DNA of 64,000 nucleotides, from positions 32,001-96,000 of the IMG/VR virus record IMGVR_UViG_3300042013_000056. One strand, written 5' to 3'. The notes below the pieces were generated by a model. It saw only the letters and a program-made list of their open reading frames with translations, made no database searches and was not told where the DNA came from. The position numbers and the translations under genes are program-made. The DNA comes from a virus. Below, one piece after another: positions 42,900 through 52,662 of the stretch. Each line of letters opens with the position of its first letter. Position 1 is the stretch's first letter.

Positions 42900-44947
42900 A
42901 ATATTATGTAAGTGCCCTTGGAAGTGATACCAACACTGGTACTCGACCAAGCACACCATGGAAAACACTCGATAAAGTAAACGCACAACGTTTTCAACCG
43001 GGTGACCAAATTGTGTTTCGTCGTGGTGACACATTCTACGGAAAGATCATTCCATTCGGCAACCGTTCTCAGAACGTGCGACCAATTTCATATGGTAACT
43101 ATGGTACTGGTGAACTTCCTATCATCAGTCGTTACAAAGTCATCCCAGCATCTTCATGGGTACTTCATAGTGCCGGTGTGTGGAAAGTTGATCTAACCAA
43201 CCTTGCTAACTTTACCGGTGATCAAGAAGTAACAACACAAGGTGTTAACGTAGGTTTCTTGAAATATGGGACTACGATTTACCCTAACAAGAAATGGAGT
43301 GTGGCGACCCTAGCAAACCAATGGGATTTCTACAGTGACAATACTCAGTACCTGTACGTTAAACTTGACACAATTCCGGGTGTGATTTCAGCACCAGTTG
43401 GTCAACGCATTATCGACTCAGTAACTTATAGTGCCACAGGATATCGCGTATCTGGTCTGCACCTAAAAGGTTGTGGTGGGCATGCCATTAACGGTACGCT
43501 CCAAGATACAGTCATTACAGGCTGTATGATGGGTGAACTTGGCGGTGGTGAACTAATTGGATTTCCAACGCCTAATACTCGTTATGGTAACGGCGTGGAA
43601 ATGTGGAACGGTTCATTCCGTACACTAGCGACCGGCAACGTCATCTATGATGTATATGATGTGGGTTGTACAATGCAAGGTAATCTGGTCACACCAGCAT
43701 CCGGTTGGTCCGATTGCTGGTTCACTAAAAACTTGATTATGCGTTGTAACCAGTCATTTGAAGTATGGGCTACCGGTGTAGATAATGTCACACCACCCGC
43801 CGCTGGTTCTGGGTTTCATCGCACAGGTTTTGTGGATAACATTTGTATTGATGCTGGTAAGTCGTGGGGTAGTTCCGCTCGCCCAGATCAAACAACCAAA
43901 GCACATTTGCTGTTGTATACCATCACAGTACCGGATGTAGATATTCTTGTAGCGGGTAATAAGTTTTATAAACCTGTTGGTGCATTAATCTCAAGGGGTG
44001 GTAACACTAGTCTACCTACAGGTTATGTACTTAAAAATAACCAAGTCTTCTTGGAAGCTGATGTACCAATTCTTTACGGATTGTCTTATAAGTGGTCTGA
44101 TTGGGAAGCTTTTGCTACTTATATCGGCACTGGGTCTGACACAGTATCGACGTTGGTAACTTCGGCAGATACAAACCTTACATTGGTACAAGCAGTAAAC
44201 AAATTGGGTGAGGCGGTTACTTCAAGTTCGTCTTCACAATCCTTCATGGAAAAAGTTACATGTGATTTGTTTGCAACAGCCGCCGCTGCACTTGATGATG
44301 TTACAAGCCTTCGTTCAGATTCATTGTTCACTGGGTTTGAATCGCAGTCGTCATCGGTAGTTGGTGATTACTACGCAAAATTGCTGGTTATCACTGGATT
44401 GGATTCACAAGCTCGTATTGATGGTTCATTCCTGTACCACATTGGTGGTGACTCAACAACCAACCGTCAAGGATTGGGTTTGGTATCGTTCCAGTTCAAC
44501 CCAATCTCGGGTGGTTCATACTTCAACATGGATGTGGTTGAACTACTACCATTCAGAACTGGACCAGATTATACGGACTTTAAAGCTGTATTTGTCGAAG
44601 ATGCGTTGGCTACAGGTGGTAAAGTACAACTAGAGGTTTACTTCAACATTGGTAAAGACAACTTCCAACGACTAAAAGTCATGCCTACAAGTATGATGAT
44701 TTCTGGTAGTTTGAATGGTGCATACCAATACAGAGGTGGTGATGCTCTAATTACTTCCCTACCAGCAGGTACACAAGTAACAGCTACAGGTAACTCAGCC
44801 GCGTGGCAAAAGAAACCGTTGACTGGTACAACTGCACCATCAAGCGTACCTTTGTTTGTTGGACAATCGTATTTGGATACTACCAACAAGAAATCGTACA
44901 CTGCGTTTGGTACAACCAGTTCTGCTGACTGGGTGGCATTGAACTAA
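42896..44947 (+). CDS. Right-handed beta-helix polysaccharide lyase/depolymerase (683 aa)
   Basis: YYVSALGSDTNTGT.PSTPWKTL..VN....PGD.I.FRRG; C-terminal P.FVGQ.YLDT.NK..Y.AFGT....W tail module. Confidence 0.8.
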   Translation: MKYYVSALGSDTNTGTRPSTPWKTLDKVNAQRFQPGDQIVFRRGDTFYGKIIPFGNRSQNVRPISYGNYGTGELPIISRYKVIPASSWVLHSAGVWKVDLTNLANFTGDQEVTTQGVNVGFLKYGTTIYPNKKWSVATLANQWDFYSDNTQYLYVKLDTIPGVISAPVGQRIIDSVTYSATGYRVSGLHLKGCGGHAINGTLQDTVITGCMMGELGGGELIGFPTPNTRYGNGVEMWNGSFRTLATGNVIYDVYDVGCTMQGNLVTPASGWSDCWFTKNLIMRCNQSFEVWATGVDNVTPPAAGSGFHRTGFVDNICIDAGKSWGSSARPDQTTKAHLLLYTITVPDVDILVAGNKFYKPVGALISRGGNTSLPTGYVLKNNQVFLEADVPILYGLSYKWSDWEAFATYIGTGSDTVSTLVTSADTNLTLVQAVNKLGEAVTSSSSSQSFMEKVTCDLFATAAAALDDVTSLRSDSLFTGFESQSSSVVGDYYAKLLVITGLDSQARIDGSFLYHIGGDSTTNRQGLGLVSFQFNPISGGSYFNMDVVELLPFRTGPDYTDFKAVFVEDALATGGKVQLEVYFNIGKDNFQRLKVMPTSMMISGSLNGAYQYRGGDALITSLPAGTQVTATGNSAAWQKKPLTGTTAPSSVPLFVGQSYLDTTNKKSYTAFGTTSSADWVALN

Positions 44948-44999
44948 TAATCATAAATAATTAGCCGTGTAGTGCGGCTAATTTAATAAGGTAACTTAA

Positions 45000-46901
45000 A
45001 TGTCCTACGAAACACTCGCCGCTTCGGTCGATGCACTTGCGGCAATTAATAATCAATTGGCAACCGAAGTCATTGAGACTCAAGTTGCCAGTAATGCTGC
45101 GAAATTAATCGCACAAACTAGTGCGGCATCTGCTGCCGCATCCGCTGCGGTTGCAGCTACAGAATCGCAGGCGAATGTAGATGCTGCTATGACAGCATTG
45201 GCAAGTCCAACTGGGGGTGGTTTAGTTGGTATGACTAGATCGTCACTATCCAAAGCCATTGCTGATGTGAACTCTGTAATATCGGGTCTGATTGTTAATA
45301 TCTGGGAATATGCTGGATTAGCAATTGGTTACGATCCCACGGGTGTGGTTCCACCATCCCAATGGGATTGGACTCCAGCGTCAACCGCCGCGTCGGCATA
45401 TGTCAAGTCTAAAGGTGGTGGCTGGATTCGTTATCCTGCTGGTAGCTACCCTCACACCAAGATGGTAAAACAACATGGTGTGAGTTGGGTTGGTGATGGT
45501 TCAAGTGTCACTTATATCACCACAAAAGCTTCATCTTCATCCGTACCTTATGGTCTTATCGAGGTTGAGCCGGGTGCTGTAAGTTCATCGCATATGATTG
45601 GTATGCATGTAATGGGTAGTGCGGTAGCTGGCTTTGCACAAGCTACAGTTAACCCAACTCAATGGGGTATGTACGCTAAAGCACAATGGGATGCAACTTA
45701 TCAACATGGTGGGTTGTGGTACTCTGAATTCCGCGATGTTCGATTCTCTAACTTCAACTACGGTGTTTGGACTCGTGGTGGATATACAATCAACAACTAC
45801 CAGCGACCAATTCAGTTCCTGACTTTCGACAAAGTGTTCATTCAAGTTCCTACAGGCGGTGAAGCACTTCGTATGACTGGTCAACATGGTCAGATTGAAT
45901 TCCGTGGTGGTTCTGCGGAAGGTCGTGACAGCGTTGTTGCAGCGCTCTGTATCAATATCGGTATGGACCCTGACCCATCGACTATGGCTGATAACGCAAG
46001 TGGTCATGGGGAGAGTACATCTGATACCGCTGGTACAGGTAATGCGGTACAGGCTCCATACAACGTAAACTTTGGTAATGGATTCTCCATTCAGAAGTCT
46101 CGCAAAGGTATTGCTGCTAGGAACTGCCGTCAAATCTCGGTACAAGGTGCTTGGGTCGAAGACATTGCAGAGCTGATTGACTTGTCGGCTAACGCTCACT
46201 TGACGTTTGAGTCAAACCACTTGGCTAACGCGGCTGACGGCTCTGTTGGTGGCACAGCAGGTACAGGTTATTTTATCAAGATGGCCACAAGTTCCGCATT
46301 AGAGTTCAAATCGACTTCTGATGTTATTGGTATAGTCGATAACTACCTTGAGCCTACTACTAACCTGAATAACCTTCGCAGTTTGAAAGTAGAAGGTCTT
46401 GCTTTCGGTGATACTTATCAGAAGTTTGCGGCTGCGGGTTACAAGACTATGGTTCTCACAGGTTCGGCTATCGACATCGGCGCGCACAAGTTTGTTATTA
46501 TCAACCCGGCACCTGCTGATCCTAGTTTGAAGTTGGATATCCTGAAAGCTACTATTGCTCCGGGTGAACGAGTAACCATCCGGGCATTGACTGGGCCTAT
46601 CACAGTAGTCAATACGGGCAACATTTCGTTGAACGGTGAACCTGCAATCTGTGTTCCTCTGTCTGGCGCGATGGTCCTTGAACGGCTCTATCAAGTCATT
46701 GGCAACGTTGAATGGGTACTGCTATCAGTAACCGAACAACGCGCTACTGCCGCACCTACAGACGGGTTCTATTACCCACAGGATCATCGGGTCTGGCGTC
46801 GTGGTGCAGCAGCTTCCGGGCCGATGGGGTGGATTTGCACAACAGCAGGTCTTGCCGGTACAACTGCTATATTCAAAGCTATGCCTAACCTAGCTGCATA
46901 A
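45000..46901 (+). CDS. Tailspike/depolymerase (633 aa)
   Basis: MSYETLAASVDAL helical N-terminus, GGGLVG...NIWEYA..., GGWIRYPAG.Y, beta-helix body. Confidence 0.82.
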   Translation: MSYETLAASVDALAAINNQLATEVIETQVASNAAKLIAQTSAASAAASAAVAATESQANVDAAMTALASPTGGGLVGMTRSSLSKAIADVNSVISGLIVNIWEYAGLAIGYDPTGVVPPSQWDWTPASTAASAYVKSKGGGWIRYPAGSYPHTKMVKQHGVSWVGDGSSVTYITTKASSSSVPYGLIEVEPGAVSSSHMIGMHVMGSAVAGFAQATVNPTQWGMYAKAQWDATYQHGGLWYSEFRDVRFSNFNYGVWTRGGYTINNYQRPIQFLTFDKVFIQVPTGGEALRMTGQHGQIEFRGGSAEGRDSVVAALCINIGMDPDPSTMADNASGHGESTSDTAGTGNAVQAPYNVNFGNGFSIQKSRKGIAARNCRQISVQGAWVEDIAELIDLSANAHLTFESNHLANAADGSVGGTAGTGYFIKMATSSALEFKSTSDVIGIVDNYLEPTTNLNNLRSLKVEGLAFGDTYQKFAAAGYKTMVLTGSAIDIGAHKFVIINPAPADPSLKLDILKATIAPGERVTIRALTGPITVVNTGNISLNGEPAICVPLSGAMVLERLYQVIGNVEWVLLSVTEQRATAAPTDGFYYPQDHRVWRRGAAASGPMGWICTTAGLAGTTAIFKAMPNLAA

Positions 46902-46904
46902 AAC

Positions 46905-46932
46905 AAAAAAACCCGCTTATGCGGGTTTTTTT
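46905..46932. terminator. Bidirectional terminator between convergent genes
   Basis: AAAAAAACCCGC-TTAT-GCGGGTTTTTTT. Confidence 0.85.
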
Positions 46933-47135
46933 GTTTTTGATTCTATCAAATCTTGTTTTGTAATTGTCCCACCGAAGCCACCCGGCATTCTATCATTCGC
47001 CTGAGTTTGTAATTGATACAATTCCTCATCTGAACGGCGTTGGGCTACTCTGGCAGCATGTTCGGATTCGTACACACCCGGTCGCCAACACCCATAAGCA
47101 GATATCACGAACCCAGTACCAGTATCTCTTATCAT
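46917..47135 (-). CDS. Hypothetical protein
   Basis: Packed ORF ending in the terminator. Confidence 0.58.
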   Translation of the reverse strand: MIRDTGTGFVISAYGCWRPGVYESEHAARVAQRRSDEELYQLQTQANDRMPGGFGGTITKQDLIESKTKKPA

Positions 47136-47450
47136 TTAATCATACCACCCAGAACGATCTAACAACCTAAATGATGAATTTTCTTCCCAGCCCAAAACCT
47201 CAGTTCCATTCCAGTTGCCTGATACCACCCGAAACGCAAACTCACGCTCTCCATGAATGATATAACCAACAATCTCATGGTTGCCACCTTCACGATCAAG
47301 CGAACAGCGATCAGTTACGATAACATCTTTACCGTTGCCGAATTCAGCGATTGATTCAAGTATGTCGGTTACAACAGACGATTCGAGGATGTTTTCTGCA
47401 AACTCAATGAATTCTTCGCAATACTGATCGCAGAATTTGAGCCATTTCAA
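47136..47450 (-). CDS. Hypothetical acidic protein
   Basis: Coupled ORF. Confidence 0.68.
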   Translation of the reverse strand: MKWLKFCDQYCEEFIEFAENILESSVVTDILESIAEFGNGKDVIVTDRCSLDREGGNHEIVGYIIHGEREFAFRVVSGNWNGTEVLGWEENSSFRLLDRSGWYD

Positions 47451-47701
47451 AGCCCAATACCATTGTCTTGATTGATAGTATCGACCCCGAGTTGAGCAAC
47501 CCGGTTGACTGCAAGGAAGGTAACCAAGTCTTGAAACGAGTTGCCGACTTCACGAATCATCCGATTCTTATCGACAAACAACAGCTTGGTCTTATCGAGG
47601 GTCAGACCTTTGTAGACTGACACACCATGCTTGCGGGTGTGATATGACTCGCCGGGGATCATTGTAGGGAGAACATAAGCTCCCCGCATCCCCCGAATCA
47701 T
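47447..47701 (-). CDS. Hypothetical protein
   Basis: ATGA-coupled. Confidence 0.62.
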   Translation of the reverse strand: MIRGMRGAYVLPTMIPGESYHTRKHGVSVYKGLTLDKTKLLFVDKNRMIREVGNSFQDLVTFLAVNRVAQLGVDTINQDNGIGL

Positions 47702-47901
47702 GTGTATTGATCCGTTCGTTTCTGATTGGAATTTTCTTCCGGTGTACGGACAAACTTCAACATGCCACGCATTGCGGTTTCGGCTTGTTTCAAATCACCA
47801 TCAAATTCCTTGATTTGGAATTGGGTGACGTAACGCAGTTCTTGCAATGCTGCAAATGCTCGTTCGAGCTTTCCTTTAAATTCAGGTTCTTGAAATGCCA
47901 T
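47698..47901 (-). CDS. Hypothetical protein
   Basis: GAGG upstream. Confidence 0.62.
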   Translation of the reverse strand: MAFQEPEFKGKLERAFAALQELRYVTQFQIKEFDGDLKQAETAMRGMLKFVRTPEENSNQKRTDQYT

Positions 47902-47908
47902 TAATCCC

Positions 47909-48256
47909 TCACATGACTTTGATACACGCAGCCAGTTGCATCGCCGGGGTCAGTGACCAACCGTGGATGTCCGGGCCGATGAGTGCATTATAAGTTGCTC
48001 TGATATCTGGGTCTTTGTTCCATTCATTAATCTGATTGGTATAAGCCCAACGTTGTTCATCGTTGAAGTTCTCAACCATGTATTTGTTGAAATCAGCCTG
48101 ATCGCGTGGATCGGCAGAATTGTGTGCGATGGATGCAAACTGGTGCATTTCCATGCACTTAGCAACGACTGGAATGTCTTTCAGTTTCGCGGCGGGTGTT
48201 GCGTTAGCTACGCCTACCAAACTGATCAGTGCTAATGCGATGATTGTACGTTTCAT
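47909..48256 (-). CDS. Secreted protein
   Basis: Signal peptide MKRTIIALALISLVGVANA; two Cys. Confidence 0.72.
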   Translation of the reverse strand: MKRTIIALALISLVGVANATPAAKLKDIPVVAKCMEMHQFASIAHNSADPRDQADFNKYMVENFNDEQRWAYTNQINEWNKDPDIRATYNALIGPDIHGWSLTPAMQLAACIKVM

Positions 48257-48313
48257 GATTTAATCCATTTAAATGTATTGGGTACTTGCAATATACAAGT
48301 ACCCAATAATTTG

Positions 48314-48793
48314 TCAAGCGGTTGGCTTGGAATATTTGTTCTTCCACTTCATGGTCTTGTTATAGACTGTCTGTTTGACTTGAATATTGTCCAAAGAACC
48401 AAGTTCTGTGTAAATCACATCCAATGCACACAGAATGGTATCAATCGCTTCTCCAATAACGCCGTCTTTACCGGCAGGGCCAGATTTCAAGCCTTTTGCG
48501 ATTTTAATTTCTGTAGCAGTTTCACCAGCTTCTTCAAAAAGAGAAAGCATGATGTCTGGCTGATCAGCCTTGGTGTGACCAATGATTTCACAAGTTTCTT
48601 GAACGAATGCAAGAAGATTGAATTTTTCAAAGAATTCCACCCGTTCAGCATGCATTTTTTCAGCACATGTACGACATGAAACAGCTCGTTTATCAACATC
48701 GTTCGTAATTTGCTTACAATGCATGCAACTGAAAACGGTATAGTTACCGGGTGCGTATCCGAAGACCTTCAAGTGTTCCCATGTATTATTCAT
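48314..48793 (-). CDS. MazG-like NTP pyrophosphatase with N-terminal Zn ribbon
   Basis: CMHC...CRTC then LFEEAGETA...GEAIDTILCALD. Confidence 0.72.
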   Translation of the reverse strand: MNNTWEHLKVFGYAPGNYTVFSCMHCKQITNDVDKRAVSCRTCAEKMHAERVEFFEKFNLLAFVQETCEIIGHTKADQPDIMLSLFEEAGETATEIKIAKGLKSGPAGKDGVIGEAIDTILCALDVIYTELGSLDNIQVKQTVYNKTMKWKNKYSKPTA

Positions 48794-49205
48794 GTTCCAC
48801 CGGAACCGGGATGTAGATATTGCGTTTTTCTTTGTTGTTGTAACGCTGTGCCCAATAGAACGCCTGATCCTTGGTCAATTCTGTAGACGCAAACCGATTC
48901 CGGGTGGTATCCCAGATATTCCAGTGCTTGATTTTCAATGCATCAGCATCGGTGGGTTCTGGCAAGATCGGTCGTTTTGGTGGAGCCACAACCGTTGCTG
49001 GTGCGCCAAACCCAGCCAACCGGGCGTTACCATTCACTGGCTTAGGAACCGCCTGAGAAAGCTGTGCAGCTTCCCACGCTTTCTGTGCATATTCCTTGAC
49101 GTTGGCACGGATTGCATCTTGAAACCCAAAGTTCGGGTAAATCTGGTCAAACCAGACTTCGAATCGATTAGTATCCATACAACTCCATGTAAACTTTTTC
49201 ACCAT
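48786..49205 (-). CDS. Hypothetical protein
   Basis: Packed ORF. Confidence 0.62.
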   Translation of the reverse strand: MVKKFTWSCMDTNRFEVWFDQIYPNFGFQDAIRANVKEYAQKAWEAAQLSQAVPKPVNGNARLAGFGAPATVVAPPKRPILPEPTDADALKIKHWNIWDTTRNRFASTELTKDQAFYWAQRYNNKEKRNIYIPVPVEHE

Positions 49206-49689
49206 GCTTGGAGAACATCACGTCGAATTGGTAGAATCCGTCGTTGTCCATCAGGATTTTCCCTTTACCAACCAATTCAAAGAACCGATTGGTTGAACTT
49301 CCACGCAACATCATTTCAAAACCAGCCGGACATTCAAGAATCAACCCAATGTCACTGTTACCGTGGTAGATGCGTTTGAACTTACCAGTTAAGCGAACAA
49401 CTGGGATGTGGTCGAACAACACTACATCATGCAGGCCGGGTCCGGTGTATGGTGGGTAGATGTAGGATCGGGTAGCTGAATCGTAAACCCCACCGAGGGC
49501 AACGCTCCCATCCGGTGTAACCGTACCATCAAGAGCATATGCATCTTTAGCTTTGTCGATTCTCGCTTGTTGTTGGGTTGGTTTGCCGCAATATACGGTT
49601 GGACAATGCCCGGTAAAGAAATGACCAGTTACTTTGTTCTGAGCTAAAAGCCAAGATTTACTTGGTGCGAGTTTATGAATTACCTGCAC
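49168..49689 (-). CDS. Hypothetical protein
   Basis: Packed ORF. Confidence 0.65.
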   Translation of the reverse strand: MQVIHKLAPSKSWLLAQNKVTGHFFTGHCPTVYCGKPTQQQARIDKAKDAYALDGTVTPDGSVALGGVYDSATRSYIYPPYTGPGLHDVVLFDHIPVVRLTGKFKRIYHGNSDIGLILECPAGFEMMLRGSSTNRFFELVGKGKILMDNDGFYQFDVMFSKHGEKVYMELYGY

Positions 49690-50025
49690 TTATTTTCCTT
49701 TCAGTGTGAAACCAAGGCTGAGAACGTAACGAGTCCCACTTTCAACCTTGGAAACAGAATGTGTTGAGATATCCGGGCGAAAGAACGCCAGAAATCGATT
49801 TTGATAAATCACAGACCCGGCTCTGAACTCCCCACCAACCTTTGCAGGTTTGATGAAAATGTTCAGGCGGTAATGCCGACGATTGGTTACTTGATCTACA
49901 TGGGGTGCGATGTATGCACCTTCTTTGAATCTGAGTAACCATAGATCGAACGGCAACCAGCTTGCAGAAATGATCGGCAGTTTGTCGTAACCAGACTGTT
50001 GCCGACCGAGTGTCCATTTAAACAT
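49690..50025 (-). CDS. 2OG-Fe(II) oxygenase superfamily protein
   Basis: WTLGRQ.SGY, HVD, GGEF, HSVS.V..G.RYVLSLG. Confidence 0.8.
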   Translation of the reverse strand: MFKWTLGRQQSGYDKLPIISASWLPFDLWLLRFKEGAYIAPHVDQVTNRRHYRLNIFIKPAKVGGEFRAGSVIYQNRFLAFFRPDISTHSVSKVESGTRYVLSLGFTLKGK

Positions 50026-50432
50026 CAGAGCTTCCAATCGAAATTAACGCCGACCATGTAATCATGGTATACAGCCGGGGAACGGGCGTCATTGGCCCCA
50101 CCAACAAACGAATCGTATTCTTCATCGTGGTAAGCCTGCCAGCCGCTCAACATACCGTATGCAAGATCATCGTTGGCGTTACGATCAACAACCAATCCAA
50201 CAGAATTCGTCACCGCTTCGATAATATCAGCATCTGAAACGCCACGACCTTCGAACTTTTCGTTGTAGTATTCTGGTTTTATCAAACACCCGACAGCACA
50301 CATCTTACCATCATGCGATTTGTACAGGCAGTCACCGTTTGCAAATGCTTGTGCGTTCTGTTTGGTTAGATGGTCGCGGATAGTTTCCGAAACTTCGATC
50401 AATTTGGTTGTCTGAGTCACGTCTTGCTCCAA
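50025..50432 (-). CDS. Conserved phage hypothetical, paralog of 32235..32627
   Basis: HLTKQ...CLYK..G.MCAVGCLI. Confidence 0.7.
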   Translation of the reverse strand: MEQDVTQTTKLIEVSETIRDHLTKQNAQAFANGDCLYKSHDGKMCAVGCLIKPEYYNEKFEGRGVSDADIIEAVTNSVGLVVDRNANDDLAYGMLSGWQAYHDEEYDSFVGGANDARSPAVYHDYMVGVNFDWKL

Positions 50433-50468
50433 TTCGTTAAGATATGCTTATTAAACCATATCAATGGT

Positions 50469-50918
50469 TCAGGCTAAACATTCAAGCATTTTATTTCGAT
50501 CTTCAAGGTATAGAATGTATTCACATAGCCGCTCAACACTACTCGCCACCCGAAACCCATTGGAGTCTCGATTTGCACGATAATCTTCCAACATCGGATG
50601 GTTGTTCAAGGTTTGATTCAATGTGATTTCATCACGCCACTTGTTACGGGCTGGTACAACCAGTTGTGGATAGTGTTTGATGCAAAATTTACCATCCTTG
50701 AAATGGATTGTATCAAACTCCTGCTCGATATCCGACCATCGAATCAAACCCTGTGCTGGACTGCAATAGTGGATGGTCAAATATTTGGCATCAGCGAACT
50801 GAGCTTTTTGACCAAACTGACCATCATCCCAGCGGTAACCAAGTTTGAATAGTTTTAACTGCGCCGAAATACTGTTGGCCGGACTGGTCACTTCAATTTG
50901 ATAATCGTCTTTAATCAT
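50469..50918 (-). CDS. Hypothetical protein
   Basis: Q..LFKLGY.W pattern. Confidence 0.65.
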   Translation of the reverse strand: MIKDDYQIEVTSPANSISAQLKLFKLGYRWDDGQFGQKAQFADAKYLTIHYCSPAQGLIRWSDIEQEFDTIHFKDGKFCIKHYPQLVVPARNKWRDEITLNQTLNNHPMLEDYRANRDSNGFRVASSVERLCEYILYLEDRNKMLECLA

Positions 50919-51028
50919 ACAAGGCTCTGTAAGGCTATCTGAGAGGGTTTGATAGAATCCCTATACCATCGCATAGGTCATACAATGTAAAACGCCCCTG
51001 CAAGCTGCTAGGGGCGTTCTGGGTGGGG

Positions 51029-51223
51029 TTAGATCAGATTCATGTGGTTGCCGATCAACAAACACAACCCAAACACCGCAATGATCATATTGAAGATCAT
51101 TTCAACCATGTCGGCTTTGTGGTTGTAATATTGAATCATTTTCGGTTGCTTACCCAATCGCCGGAGCCCAAAGTAAAACCGTACAAAGAAAATGAGTGTA
51201 ACCACAGCCGCATAATAGATCAT
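51029..51223 (-). CDS. Small two-TM protein
   Basis: Hydrophobic. Confidence 0.62.
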   Translation of the reverse strand: MIYYAAVVTLIFFVRFYFGLRRLGKQPKMIQYYNHKADMVEMIFNMIIAVFGLCLLIGNHMNLI

Positions 51224-51224
51224 T

Positions 51225-51425
51225 TTATTCCTTACTGATTTTGTTCTGTTTCGTATTGTAATTGATTACGCAGCCAACAAGCAACCCAAAAAACAACAAA
51301 AAGCACGTCGAACCAATAATGGTATGGTTTTCATGCTCAACCCAGCCCAACACGTAGAAACTCGCCACAATACCGAACGTGCTTAAAATTACATTGATAT
51401 AATACAACACCTTTTCCATTTCCAT
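51225..51425 (-). CDS. Small two-TM protein
   Basis: Hydrophobic. Confidence 0.62.
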   Translation of the reverse strand: MEMEKVLYYINVILSTFGIVASFYVLGWVEHENHTIIGSTCFLLFFGLLVGCVINYNTKQNKISKE

Positions 51426-51530
51426 AGCTCCAAAGTTTTTATTATTCCTTACTATGGAGTCGATTATATGGCAATGGTTGCATTGAAATAAACATTGGCG
51501 ATGAAAAAAGGGCCAATTGGCCCTTTTCTT

Positions 51531-51791
51531 TTAACGTTTTGGTGATGTGTAATCGAATCTATCTTTGTTCTTTTCGGTTAATTCATACCGCAGGTTCTCG
51601 CCAGCGGGTGTGGTTGTCAACTGTTCGTTTACAATCATTGAACATTGGGTATAAACCAAATCACCAGAATCAACCCGAACAGTTTTCGGGAGAATCTTGA
51701 CAACCACGTTTACACTGATACCGCTGTAAGTGCTGCTCCATGCAAGGATGTCACCAACCTTGACTTCACGGCCAATAATATCTTTTAACAT
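51531..51791 (-). CDS. Hypothetical protein (KD..GRE...GD family)
   Basis: MLKDIIGREVKVGD. Confidence 0.68.
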   Translation of the reverse strand: MLKDIIGREVKVGDILAWSSTYSGISVNVVVKILPKTVRVDSGDLVYTQCSMIVNEQLTTTPAGENLRYELTEKNKDRFDYTSPKR

Positions 51792-51792
51792 T

Positions 51793-52008
51793 TTACGCTC
51801 GTTTGTTTAAATTGATTTCCGCAATACGTTTGAAGTGTTGGACCGCTTTAACTTTGTCACGCATTTCTGGTTTGGCACCGAAGAAGCATGGGTCTTTGAG
51901 TTCTGTTTTGATCTTCGAATCCGACCACCCAGAAAGAGTCTTACGACCGTGTGGGGTTTTTTGCAGTTCTTCTTTAATCAGACCAACAATAGTGTCGTAG
52001 ATAGACAT
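51793..52008 (-). CDS. Hypothetical protein
   Basis: Start moved to ATG 52008. Confidence 0.6.
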   Translation of the reverse strand: MSIYDTIVGLIKEELQKTPHGRKTLSGWSDSKIKTELKDPCFFGAKPEMRDKVKAVQHFKRIAEINLNKRA

Positions 52009-52058
52009 CAGACTTACCTTTCGAAATAAAATGGAATTCAATCAAACTGTTGCGGCAT

Positions 52059-52388
52059 TCACTTATGGGTGCCAGCTAAGTGACCTTGACTGGTTGCATG
52101 CCATTGGTTGCATTTTGGGCACTGGTAAACTTCGTTGCACTTGTAACCACGCTTGAACTTTGAAAGCCCAAGGATCAACAAGGCATCTGCTTCGGATTTG
52201 AAAGACCGTTTGAAACAGACGAAACTGTTATTGACTTTCCAGCCAATGATTTTTCCATCAAACCGAACTTCTTCGGCTCCAAACTTTTGATACAAAGCGT
52301 TAACCTTGTCACGACGTACACGTTTATCACGGTACTTGATACGGGTTTCTTGAACCAACTCCCTGCTAAAGCGATTATCTTGAATCAT
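52059..52388 (-). CDS. Basic Zn-finger protein
   Basis: C.KRSF.SE..A...YQCPKC.QWH.TS. Confidence 0.65.
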   Translation of the reverse strand: MIQDNRFSRELVQETRIKYRDKRVRRDKVNALYQKFGAEEVRFDGKIIGWKVNNSFVCFKRSFKSEADALLILGLSKFKRGYKCNEVYQCPKCNQWHATSQGHLAGTHK

Positions 52389-52470
52389 TCTACAAACTCC
52401 GATTCTGTTCTGTTGTTTCCGGTAACAGAATCATACCACTCAAGTGTCTCTTTCTAAACAGTTTTTTGAA

Positions 52471-52662
52471 TTATTTGTAGCAAGCTGGTTTATCAGGCAT
52501 ACGTTGCCAATGGGTAACGGTTGGGTCAGATGTCAATAGAACAATTGCTCGTTCTAGGCGACTGGTGACCCAATACCCCATGGAGTTGTTCCACAGCATA
52601 ACCTGACCCAACTTGTCACAATCAAACGATGTCGGAAGGACACGCGCTGCGATTGCAATCAT
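52471..52662 (-). CDS. Small hypothetical protein (..THWQ.MP.KP end)
   Basis: ATGA-coupled. Confidence 0.6.
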   Translation of the reverse strand: MIAIAARVLPTSFDCDKLGQVMLWNNSMGYWVTSRLERAIVLLTSDPTVTHWQRMPDKPACYK

